DNA of 20,000 bases from Callorhinchus milii. Taxonomy: Eukaryota. Both the position numbers and the translations under genes were made by a program. Under the pieces are notes generated by a model. It was not told where the DNA came from. It made no database searches and saw nothing but the letters and a program-made list of their open reading frames with translations. The DNA lies in the NCBI RefSeq assembly GCF_018977255.1, contig NW_024704742.1, positions 139,182,110 through 139,202,109 on the forward strand. The letters are read 5' to 3'. Position 1 is the stretch's first letter. Each line of letters starts with the position of its first letter. Shown in pieces: positions 1-10,103 of the stretch.

Positions 1-1165
1 GGGATTGGGGAGGGTGGAGGGTAGCGGGGGAATGAGGGTGATCGAAAGCACGGTCAAGAGAAGGGTCTTGAGACAGGTCTTGAGAAGGTGGCAAGGGAGG
101 GGGTGAGGCGGAGGGACTGCAGGATGGAGTTCCAGAGGGTGGAGGCAGAGTGGCAGAAGGCCCGCCCACCAATGGCGAGACAGGGAATGTGAAGCAGGCC
201 AGAGGCTGCTGAGCAGAGGGAGTGGGTAAGTTGGTAAGGGTTAGGAGGTCGCAGAAATTGGGGGGAGCAAGACCATGGAGGGCTTTGACAATGAGGACCA
301 GGATCTTGAACTCTATCCTTTGTTTGATGGGAAGCCAGTGGAGTTGGGTGAGAATGGGGGTGATAGGGTCACTGAGTCTAGTGCAGGAGAGGATGCAGGC
401 TGCAGAGTTCTGGATGATCTGCAGCTTGTGGAGGGCGGAGTTGGGGAGGCTGACAAGCAGGGATTTCGTGTAGTTGACCTGGATGTTATGAATGTGTGTG
501 TGAGGGTTTCAGCGACTCGCGGTGTGAGACAGTGGACAGTGGCGGAGTCAGGTGATTCTGCAGAGGAGAGGAAGGCAGAGCAGGACATGCATGGATGTGG
601 GGTAGAAAGGATAGTTGAGCATCAAACAAGGCACCAAGTTTCCGGACTGGCTCAGTGAAGTGGAGTGTGCATTAATGAATGGTGATGCTGTCAGCACCTT
701 AGGTGTAGAGGCGCTGACCGGAACCAATCAGAGCCTCGGTCTTGTTGTCATTCAACTGTAGGAAGTTTGCTCTCATCCAGGACTTGACGTCTGACAGACC
801 TTGTGTCAGGACAGCATTGGGTCCTGGAGTCAAGGGTGGAGGCAGAGAGATAAGAGTTTGGTGTCATCTGCATACATGTGGAAGTTGACCCCATGTCTGC
901 CATGATGTCACCAAGAGGAAGCATATAGATATTGAAGAGGAGGAGACTAAGGACAGAGCCCTGGGGGTCGCCGCACGAGGTGGTGTGGGGGCTAGAAGAG
1001 AAAACGTTTGTGGAGATGAAGTGGAGGTGTTTTGAGAGGTACGATCTGAACCAGTCAAGGACAGAGCCGCGAAGGTTGAGGTGAGAGGAGAAGCGGTGGA
1101 GGAGAATAAAATAGTCAATGGTATCGAAGGCAGCAGAGAGATCAAGGAGGATGAGAACAACTCAG
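1..1165 (-). mobile_element. Degenerate L2-clade LINE, ORF2 RT and C-terminal region; continues beyond the left edge
   Basis: Minus strand encodes [12 protein letters not shown] sequence (~1121-1150), PQGSVLS and HMYADDT (YADD at 863-874). It is colinear with the better-preserved L2 at 5491-7745 but has many indels and stops. Confidence 0.9.
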
Positions 1166-2160
1166 GATGGTAGTGTTGATGTTGGAACACCATTGATCTG
1201 GAGAGATGACCTGCAGGTTCCCTTTCAAGATTGAAGCTTTTGGCAAAACAACTGAACAAAGAAGGAAGATTTCCTTGAATTCTGAGATGGTCCTCTGCCT
1301 CCCTTCTCATGTTCATGAGGTAAAACAGGTGTTCATCCTGTTTTACCTGTTTTACCATGTATCAAAAACATGGGAAGGATGTCGTCCCATGTCGTACCTT
1401 GCCTGTGAGAGGAGGAACATGTGAAATTAAAGACTTTGCTAATCAAGATAATTGTCCTCAAATCTGTTTGGACTTTCACAAGATTATTTCAAAGATTCTT
1501 TTTTACTTCTTTTGACCAGAAGATTGTGTTCTTTAGGTATTTATGTCACATTTGTATTATTTATAATTCTCCTGCTTGATAAATATGGATATGTACAAAA
1601 TGTAAATTGGATATTGCTCGTCAGAAAATGTGCTACTTTCCATTTACTAAATGAGACAATGTTAATATATTTAATAACAATATTAAATGGAAACTGAATA
1701 GAGGCCTCTCATTATTTAGAAAGATTGTGTCACCTGAAAGTGGTGCTCAGCTTCCTGAGGAACATGGCTTTTCCTGTGTGAATTGTAATCCTAATTTTTC
1801 TTTCTCCTTTATCACCACCTTTCCACTTTCACCAAAAAAGCCACAAACTCTAAGGAGCAAAATCTGCAAATGTACACATTGGTGCTGCACATGATGTATT
1901 TGTCAACCAGGACTCTGTAATGTCATTAGTACAGATTTACAATTTTACTCTGACAGTTGTATACAAATAGTAGCATCGCTTCCCCAGTCTTTAGCCTGAG
2001 CTTTGTTGAATGGTTTAATTTCCCTCCCTTTACAATTTGATTTCAACAATGTGTCATTTTACCAGTCTGTATCAGTGCCTCACTCACATTTCCATCTTCC
2101 ATATTTATTGTGTAATGTCCATGCAATCTACCCTTCCACTTTCCTCATTCCTTGTTTCCC

Positions 2161-2217
2161 TGGGGAGTGCGGCTGACGAGTGGCAAATGTTATTTAATGT
2201 GGACAAATGCAGAGTGT
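2161..2217 (+). mobile_element. Tiny CR1 RT fragment
   Basis: Translates ADEWQMLFNVDKCRV, matching WQMEFNVSKC in the CR1 at ~17445-17480. Confidence 0.7.
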
Positions 2218-2809
2218 CAAACCTAATAATACTCACACTCTGTGCCTGCCTTTGTTCCCTTGTCCACAGTTTGACTGTTGTTTCTGGAAGCAGCCCTCAG
2301 CAGTGCAGGTGTAACCAGATCCCAGCTCTGGCGGCTTTGTTTGGATTTAGACTCTCACATCCATCATGTGACCTCCTTTGAATCAGTGACTGGAGTTGCT
2401 GTGTGGATTAATGTGCCCTGTGTGCTGGGCGATGTGTTAGGCCACATGTAGGTAACTTTGCTGAGCTTAACAGCAGTACAATAAATTGAGGAATTGTTTG
2501 ACATGTCCCAGATTACAATAGGGAAGGGATGATCTAATTTAACTGGTATCGGAGCTGGATAAACATTCCTTGGGATGGACTGTTTGACTCCATTCTGATC
2601 TCACGACAAGCGTTTCATTAATCACAGTAGATTCTCACAATGACTGAAAGAGGCTCACTTTTGTTTGAGTCAGCCAGGTGTTTGACACGTGCGGAAACCC
2701 ATCACTGTATTTAAGAATATTCGAAACAGCTTGAGAGTTACACATATATATGCCACTTATGCAAACAGGAGATCACAAGATTGGTTTGGATGAAGAAGGA
2801 ATTTTATCT

Positions 2810-3391
2810 GTGAAATCCTGTAACTTAGTGCTTAGAGCACTCACATCGCAAGCGAGAGGATCTGGGTTCGATTCCTGGGCAGGGCGAAACGTTGGGCAGG
2901 TTTCTTTACTCCACACACCTCTGTTTACCTAACAGTAAGTAGGAACCCAGTTGTTAGTAATAGAATCATAAAATCATACAGCACAGAAGGAGGCCATTCG
3001 GTACATCATGTCTGTGACGGCTCTTTGAAAAGACCTTCCAATTCAATCCCACTCCCCCGCTCTCTCCCCCTCCCCATAGCCCTGCAAACTTGTCCTCCCC
3101 AAATAATTATCCACTTCTCTCTTAAAAGTTGTTGTTGAATCGGCTTCCACCAGCCTTTCAGGTAATGCATTCCTTAGTCAATTGACAGATCGCTTTTCTG
3201 GCAGTAATAATTCCTTCCAAAAAAACAATAATTTTATCACTCAAACCATGACTGTTTGTGGACACTGCTGTGCACAATTGGCTGCCACATTTTGCCCACA
3301 AAATGTACAGTGAATTCCCTTTGCAGTATATTTTGTGAAGCTCTTTGAGATGTCTCGAAGATGTGATAAAGCGCTATATCAAATAATAATC
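2810..3391 (+). mobile_element. tRNA-derived SINE, full length, interrupted by a CR1 3' end at 2959-3173
   Basis: A-box-like taacttagtgc at 2821-2831 and B box ggttcgattcc at 2865-2875. The body resumes at 3174 exactly as in the uninterrupted copy (9432-9626, ...cccagttattagtcaattg...). It ends in an L2-like tail (gatgtgataaagcgctatatcaaataataat). Confidence 0.9.
2959..3173 (-). mobile_element. 5'-truncated CR1 3' end inserted in the SINE, 5-bp TSD TTAGT
   Basis: Begins atagaatcataaaatcatacagcacagaaggaggccattcg, the reverse complement of a CR1 gaatggcct...ttctat tail. TTAGT occurs at 2954-2958 and 3174-3178. Confidence 0.85.
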
Positions 3392-3884
3392 ATTTGCAAG
3401 GATTATTATGTTATTATTATCTCATGTTTCTAGAATACCCACCCTCCCATCTACCCATCAGGGAATCAAGCTGTCCTGGCCTCATGGGCCTTCCAATTTA
3501 ACCTGTTCCAATCAGTAAGTACCCTCTGGGTAAGGAAAGAAGTCCTGGTGTCTGTCCTGAAATCGGCCATTGCAACTATAACCTCTACAAAGGTAGGTTA
3601 GGTCCAAACCTGCCATAGTCAGGAGGATTATTAGGGAAATGAAGGCCAGGGGATAGCTTCACTCTAAAAAGGAGTGCAAATAGACAAGAATGACCCCCAA
3701 TATTTCTTCCGCTAGATGAAGTTTATTGTAGGCCATGATCAGAACAGTCCCTCTGGATTTGGACCTTGAGAACAGCCATGTGGCTGGCACATCACAAGCC
3801 ATCCTGTAAAGGTCCTACCACCACGTCAGCACCCTAACCCTCAGAAACCTTCCCTTCACCTATCTCTGTTCTGGGCAGATGTCC

Positions 3885-4360
3885 ACTTGGTGATATCATT
3901 TGCAGGCATGTGGTTAACTTCCACATGTATGTTGATGACACCCAACTCTATAACTCTGCCTCCACCCTCCACTCCAGGACCACTGCTGTCCTGACAGATT
4001 GTCTCAGGTGCTGACAACATCACTGTTCATGGATGCAAACTCCATCTCATAGAGGTGGTATAGAACCTTGATGTCTTGTTCGACCCTCAACTGTCCTTTA
4101 AACACCACACCTGTGCCATGACCTGTTCTGCCTTCTCCCACCCCCATGCTACCTCTCCTCTCAGGCCACCGAGACCCTCATGCATACTTTCATCATGTCG
4201 AAGCTTGACCATGCTAACTCCCTGCTCACTAGACTTCCCAACTCTTCCCTCCACAAGCTTCAGATTATTCAGAACTCTGCAGCTTGTATGCTCTCCCACA
4301 CCAGGCTCCGTGAGCCCATCACCCCATCCTTGCCTGGCACCACTGGTTCTCCATCCCTCG
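3885..4360 (+). mobile_element. Degenerate L2 ORF2 fragment with internal deletions
   Basis: HVVNFHMYVDDTQL near 3908-3950 and HTFIMSKLDHANSLLTRLPNSSLHKLQIIQNSAA in ORF 4180..4365. Confidence 0.88.
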
Positions 4361-4503
4361 CTTGAGATTGCTTTTTTTTGGTCAGAATCGAGCCCACCCT
4401 CTGTGATAGTATCTGCTTCCTGAGCCAGGTGGGTCAATAGTATTCCAGGGCACTGCCAATGGCAGCACAACCCAGCCTGGCTCATTAACAGGAACTGGAA
4501 GGG

Positions 4504-4560
4504 CAACAACAACAAATTATACTTGTATAGCGCCCTTCACATCGGAACGACGTCCCAGGG
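4504..4560 (-). mobile_element. Isolated L2 3' terminus (~55 bp)
   Basis: caacaacaac..tatagcgcccttcacatcggaacgacgtccca matches the L2 tail at 5491-5550. It is flanked by GGGCA at 4501-4505 and 4559-4563. Confidence 0.8.
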
Positions 4561-4723
4561 GCAGACTAGTCCCTGGAGGCAGGGATTCTTTCTGTTCAGC
4601 TCATGTTAACCCTGCAGTAAAAACCCTAATGGGTAGGGTGGTCCTAGCTCGACAAACAGTGGGAAGCTTGACAGACAGTGCTCTCAATGGCAAACTATGT
4701 GGTTTTAGCAGGTTAAACTCCAG

Positions 4724-5125
4724 CAATACAATATAATTTTACATTTATATAGCATCTTTCACTTTGGGAAGATGCCTTAAAGTGCTTAAATATAATGTCT
4801 TGGTCTTTGAGCTGGGGGTGGGGGTGTGGGGCAGGAGGTGGGAGGAGAAAGGTGGCCAAAAACATGGTCAAAGCAATAGGTCTTGAGATGGACGTTGAAC
4901 AAGATGAGGAAGGGAATGAAGAGAATCCAGGAAGTAGGTCCAGAGATTAGGGGCAGAGAGTCTGAAATCCCAGCTGCCGATGATGGGGCAGGTAAGGCAG
5001 GTGTTAAAAAGCAGTCGGTGGTCGCTGAGCAACAGGAGCAGCCATGTTGGTGATGTGGAGGAAGTCACAGAGGTCATCCTAATGGTAACACGAATGTGTG
5101 TGAAGATGAGAACAAGGATGGGAAC
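4724..5125 (-). mobile_element. Old L2 3' end fragment
   Basis: Tail acatttatatagcatctttcactttgggaagatgcc, followed by degenerate sequence encoding SAPNLW and LKTYCFD-like motifs on the minus strand. Confidence 0.75.
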
Positions 5126-5229
5126 CAACATATACTGTGGGGTCCCGAAGCTTTGGTTCTTACCAACCTTCACCTCATGCTCACCAGAATTAGGTAAGCA
5201 GGATGCATCCCTCGAGGGAGAGAGTGCAT

Positions 5230-5277
5230 TCATAGAATCATAGAATTATACAGCACAGAAGGAGGCCATTCAGCCCT
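5230..5277 (-). mobile_element. CR1 3' terminus micro-fragment
   Basis: catagaatcatagaattatacagcacagaaggaggccattcagccc, same family as 2959-3000. Confidence 0.8.
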
Positions 5278-5490
5278 TACCAGAGAAATATCCATGTGTA
5301 GGTGCCATATATGGGAAAATCCCAGTCTGCACTGAAGCATGAAAATGGGATTCTGCAAGTGTGAGACATTACCTGAGAAAACCACAGGCTGTAAGTGCAG
5401 GGATAGTGACATCTCATGGCTGTCTGTCATTGTTCTCGAACTGATTTAGAGCCAACTGTATGAAATAGGAACTTACAGGACTTTACAATA

Positions 5491-7745
5491 CAACAACAAC
5501 AAGATTCCATTTATAGAGCGCCTTTCACATCGGGAGGACGTCCCAAGGCACTGTACAGTTGGGTCAGGACCCGAGCATTGGGGGGAAATGGTGAGGGGAG
5601 GGAAGGGAGGGAGGGAGGGAGGGAGGAGGGGGTAGAGAGTCGAGAGGGAGCTGAAGGCACGGTCAAAGAGAAAGGTCTTGAGACCGGCCTTGAAGGAGGA
5701 AAGGGAGGAAGCGGCGAAGGCACTGAGGGATAGAGTTCCAGAGCCTCGGGGCTGAGAGGCTGAAGGCCCGGCCACCGATGGTAGGGTGGTTGGGGCGGGG
5801 GATGTGGAGCAGACCGGAGCCAGAGGAACGGAGGGTACGGGCAGGTAAGTAGGGGGATAGTAGGTCAGAGAGGTAGGAGGGAGCAAGGCCGTGAATGGCC
5901 TTGTAGGTGAGGATGAGGATCTTGAATTCGATCCTCTGGGGGATGGGAAGCCAGTGGAGGCGAGCGAGGGTGGGAGTGATGTGGTCCCGAAGCCTGGTGC
6001 GGGACAGTACACGAGCTGCAGAGTTCTGAATGACCTGCAGCTTGTGGAGGGAGGTGCCGGGAAGGCCGGCGAGGAGAGAGTTCCCATAGTCCAGCCTTGA
6101 GGTGATAAAGGCGTGGACCAGAGTTTCAGCAGCGTGAGGGGTGAGGTAGTGCCGTAGTCTGGCGATGTTCCGGAGGTGATGGAAGGCGGTGCCAGTTGTG
6201 GCGCGGATATGAGGGAGAAAGGACAGCTCAGGGTCGAACAGAACACCGAGGTTCCTGATGGCTTTGAGAGGTGGAGAGTGCAGCCTTGGATGCTGATGCT
6301 GTCAGCGCCTGAGGTGCGGAGGCGCTGACGTGAGCCAATCAGGAGGGCCTCAGTTTTGCGCACGTTGAGCTGAAGAAAGTTGTCTCTCGTCCAGGACTCG
6401 ATGTCGGACAGGCAGCTGTCAGGACATCGGTGGTCGTGGAGTTGAGGGTAGAGGAGGAAAGGTAGAGTTGGGTGTCATCCGCATACATGTGGAAGTTAAC
6501 CCCATGTCTGCGGATGATGTCACCAAGGGGGAGCATATAGAGGGTGAAGAGGAGGGGACCGAGGACAGAGCCCTGAGGGACGCCGCACGAGACAGTGCGG
6601 GGGCTGGAGGAAAAGCCGTTCGTGGAAACAAAGTGAAGACGGTGGGAGAGGTACGACCTAAACCACTCAAGGACAGGGCCTTGAAGGTTGAGGTGGGAGG
6701 ACAAGCGGTGGAGGAGGATAGCGTGGTCGACCGTATCGAATGCTGCCGATAGGTCGAGGAGGACGAGGAGGCAGAGGGAGCCCTGGTCGCAGATGGTCAG
6801 GATGTCATTGGTGACCTTGACCAGGGCAGTTTCTGTGCTATAGGCAGCAGGGAAACCCGACTGAAGGGGTTTGAATAATGAATGGGTGGAGAGGAAAGAG
6901 CGCAGCTGGGAGGCGACAACTCTTTCAAGGACCTTGGACAGGAAGGGGAGGTTGGAGATGGGCCAGTTAATTGATAGCTGCGACGCATCAAGGGAGGGTT
7001 TTTTCAAGGTGGGAGTGATGGTGGCAGTTTTTAAGGGAATGGGAACAGAGCCACAGGAGAGGGACAGGTTGACGATGTCCGTGATATATGGGGCAAGGAG
7101 GTGGAGCTGGAAGATAAGGAGTGGAGTGGGGATGGGGTCAAGGGAGCAGGTGGTGGGTTTCAGGGATAGGATGAGTTTGGTGACAGAGGGTGGGGAAATG
7201 GGTTCGAAAGTGTGCAGGGGAGGATGGGTAGGAGTTGGAGTGTGGGAGGGAGGGGGTGGAGGGTGGGTGGAGGTTGGAGGGGAAGTGACCGTGGAGCGGA
7301 TTCCCTTGATTTTGGATTCAAGGAAATCCAGCATCTCCTCACAGTGAAGGTTGGAAGAGATGACCTGCGCGGGGTGGCAGGGGGGGACGGAGGAGTCGGG
7401 ATGTGGTAGAAAACAGAAGCCTGGGGTTGTTCTTCACCTCCAGGATTATCCTGGAGTGGAAGGACGACTTGGCCGAGGCTAAAGTGGAGCGGTAGATTTT
7501 GAGGAGGTCCAGCCAGAGTTGTAGGTGGACCATTAGGCCAGATTTGAGGCAGATGCGTTCAGCGGCGCGCACCGGGCTCTTCAGTGAGCGGAGGTGAGTG
7601 GTGAACCAGGGGGAGGAGCGAGAGTAGGAGATAGTACGGGAGGTGATGGGGGCAAGAGTGTCGAGTGTGGAGAAGAGGGTGTTGTGGAGGAGGGTGAGAG
7701 GAGAAGAGGGGTCAGTGAGGGTTGAGGGCCAGAGGGAGAGGAGTT
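5491..7745 (-). mobile_element. Relatively young 5'-truncated L2 LINE (~2.25 kb); ORF2 RT broken by a few frameshifts
   Basis: ORF 6339..7334 carries [54 protein letters not shown] and YADD (6474-6485). Upstream SPWFT motif is in ORF 7339..8130. There are 1-bp deletions near 6415 and 6255 relative to the 11962-13265 copy. The 3' end is intact with (TTG)n and CpGs are retained. No APE endonuclease domain is present. Confidence 0.97.
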
Positions 7746-8810
7746 CAACATTGATATAGCGCTTACATGTTGGGAGGACATCGCAAGGCTCTTGATGGTC
7801 CTGGCTTGGCAATGGGCTAAGGGTGTGATCCGCAGGTGGTGGGGGGGGGGGAGAAAGAAAACCAAAGGTGTGGTCAAAGAGGAAGGACTTCAGACTGATC
7901 TTGAAAGAGGCGAATTTGAGGATGAGTTCTGGAGAGTTGGGGCATATAGGCCTGACCACTGATGGTGGCGTGGGGGAAATGAAACTGACTGATGCCCTCT
8001 GAGCAGAGGAAGTGGGCAGGTTGGTAGAGTTTAAGAAGGTCGCAGAGGTAAGATGGAGCAAGACCATGGACAGATTTGAAAGTGAGGATGAAGATCTTGA
8101 ACTCAATCCACTGGGGGAATTGGAAGCCAATGGAGCCAGACAAAGATGGGAATGCTAGGCCCACATGCAGAAAATTACATAAAATACAGAGCTCTGCATA
8201 GTATGTAGCTTATGGGAGAGGGAAGAGTTGGGAAGTTCAGTGTGCAGATAGTTGGTGATGTCTAGTCTGAATGCATGGATTAGAGTGTCAATGGCCTGAA
8301 GGGTGAGATAGTGGCAGAGGTGGCTAATATTATAGAGATGGGAAAGTTGAGTGGGTCAGCGCATAGATGTGGGGTTTAAATGAAAGTTGAGTGTCAAACA
8401 TGATACCAAGGTTCTGCCCTGGATTTCTGAAGTGGAGTGTGTATCCACGTAGATTGATGCTGTCAGCACCTGAGTGAGAGGACGCTGATGGGAGCCATGC
8501 AGGAGGACCTCAGTCTTGTCAACATTCAACTGGAAAAATGTATCTCTCATCCAAGACTTGATGTCTGACAGACAATCAGTCAGGATAGCAGTGGTCCTAG
8601 AGTCGAGGATAGAGGTAGAAAGATAGAGTTGGGTGTTATCCACATAGATGTAGAAGTTAACATGCCTGCAGTTGAAATAGATATTAAGGAGGAGGGCCAA
8701 GGACAGAGCCCTGAGGTATGCAGTACCTGACAGTGTGGGGGCAGGGGAGAAACCACTGCAAGAGACAAAATGTAAATGCTAGGAGGAGAGGTAAAAATGA
8801 AACCAGAAAA
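7746..8810 (-). mobile_element. Older L2 LINE fragment, head-to-tail with the young copy
   Basis: Second L2 tail at 7746-7790, then [21 protein letters not shown] and CLSDIKSWMRDTFFQLNVDKTEVLL. The catalytic motif has decayed to YVDN (8635-8646). Confidence 0.92.
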
Positions 8811-9293
8811 CGACAGGAAAGGCGAAGAGGCCATTGCCACCCATTTGGCTAAAATCACAAGATCTCAGTTATTCTCCTTTGCTGGGGTGGTGAGATATTT
8901 TCTAAATATTACTTGTTGTAAATTAAGTGAAATAATTGGATATTTTGGTCCAAGGATGTCTGTGTATTGAGAAGGCACAGACCATTGTGAGGGGTTCACT
9001 GGATCTGCCTGTGATGTGATTCTATTGTTCCAGCAGGTAACACAACCCTGTCTGACAGCTAATGTCACAAAGCAGTAATGTGATCAGCACTTGGATGAAC
9101 CATTTGTTACTATTCAGGAGTGAAACCAAATGCTCAGTCACCACATTCATCCATCAGGCCTCAATGACAGTCAAAGCATCATAGGAACATTAATGGACAG
9201 TTAGTAACTTAACCCTTTGACGTGTCCATAAGCCTTTGAAATCACAACCTTTTCCGCCAGGTTTTCAATCAGTTTATTTGAATTTAATTCCCT

Positions 9294-9337
9294 GTTTCTA
9301 TCATTCCTTCACATCACGTTTCTATCATTCCTTCACA
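9294..9337 (+). repeat. 20-bp perfect direct duplication with 4-bp spacer
   Basis: gtttctatcattccttcaca at 9294-9313 and 9318-9337. Confidence 0.95.
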
Positions 9338-9357
9338 CTGATTTGTCTGTGACATTT

Positions 9358-9430
9358 ATCATAGAATTATACAGCACAAAAGGAACCCATTCAGCCTGTG
9401 TCTGTGGCAGCTCTTTGAAAACAGCTATAA
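9358..9430 (-). mobile_element. CR1 3' terminus fragment, ending at the N
   Basis: atcatagaattatacagcacaaaaggaacccattcagcc..tgtctgtggcagctctttgaaa matches 2959-3030. Confidence 0.8.
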
Positions 9431-9431
9431 N
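9431..9431. other. Ambiguous base or assembly gap (single N)
   Basis: An n lies between a CR1 fragment and a poly-T run inside a SINE. The join may not be contiguous. Confidence 0.9.
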
Positions 9432-9626
9432 TTTTTTTTGAGGGATTATTATTCCTGGAAAAGCGATCTGACAATTGACTAATAACTGGGTTCCCACTTA
9501 CTGCTAGGTAAACAGAGACGTGTAGAGTAAGGAAACATGCCCAACACTTTGTCCTGCCCAGGAATAGAATCCAGGGTCTCTAGTTTGTGAGGTGAGTGCT
9601 CTAACCACTGGGCAACAGGACTCCAC
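9432..9626 (-). mobile_element. tRNA-derived SINE, 5' half
   Basis: Reverse complement starts gtggagtcctgttgcccagtggttagagcactcac and is homologous to 2810-2958 plus 3174-3225. Confidence 0.9.
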
Positions 9627-9629
9627 AGG

Positions 9630-9845
9630 AGTATGCCCGTACATGGCATTGACTTGGACTGCGAGAATATCAAAGTGCTGGAATATCATCAGATGTCGTG
9701 TTTGGCAAGTAGACGTGTCCATGTGAACGACTCTGCCTCCAATGTCTCAGCGACAGGTTAATGCAGGCCGGAACCCTGTTAGGGTCCTCCTGCTGAAGGC
9801 AGATATACTTTGAAAAGCTGCTGAGGATGTTTGGGAGGAAAGCTG
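9630..9845 (+). mobile_element. Probable highly decayed RTE-clade LINE ORF C-terminal fragment
   Basis: Across frames it reads TWT..IKVLE-YHQ, then HV-D-RLP-like and D-TLK--LRMFG pieces, in the order expected for the RTE ORF C-terminus. Recognised from memory only. Confidence 0.45.
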
Positions 9846-10103
9846 TTGGAGTCTGCAGTGTGAACATGTGTCAGTATCCGTCCCTCAGCCTCCTCCAAAC
9901 TTGGCTGTGATTGACGATCTGGGTTGTCAGTCAGGGTCAGGAGGCAAAACGAGTGACTTTGATTGGCAGACTGAGTTGCCAGCAGTCAATGGGCAGCCTG
10001 TAGGCAATGTCTGGCCTTTGATTGAGGAGTCTGGGTTGTCAATCAGAGATTGAAGGCGGGGTGAGGGGCTGTGATTAAGGTGGACTGGAGAGTAAATGCT
10101 TTG

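Noticed and set aside
1891..1953. C/D box snoRNA (atgatgt ... ctga)
   Set aside because: The C box is imperfect and there is no terminal stem; this is expected by chance.
2810..2885. tRNA gene
   Set aside because: It has no proper acceptor stem and continues into a SINE body found five times in the window.
5473..6363. 296-aa Pro/Ser-rich ORF, and similar ORFs at 11071-11718, 12462-13226 and 12742-13188
   Set aside because: These are alternative-frame readings of C-rich L2 ORF2 caused by frameshifts.
6339..7334. Bacterial-type RT system (retron, group II intron or DGR)
   Set aside because: The motifs and 3' tails are those of eukaryotic non-LTR L2/CR1 elements.
6871..7409. Gly/Val/Glu-rich ORFs on the strand opposite L2, also at 222-658 and 12047-12514
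   Set aside because: Antisense shadows of L2.
8830..9290. Possible exon in unique sequence (cag|gtaac near 9036)
   Set aside because: No recognisable peptide or paired splice acceptor could be supported.
9630..9760. Coding exon MPVHGIDLDCENIKVLEYHQ... with an ag|gttaat donor
   Set aside because: There is no polypyrimidine tract, and the acceptor-like site comes from the SINE edge. A decayed RTE explains it better.
9905..10050. CRISPR-like array
   Set aside because: Vertebrate context, only three divergent units, and no cas genes. Kept only as a motif cluster.
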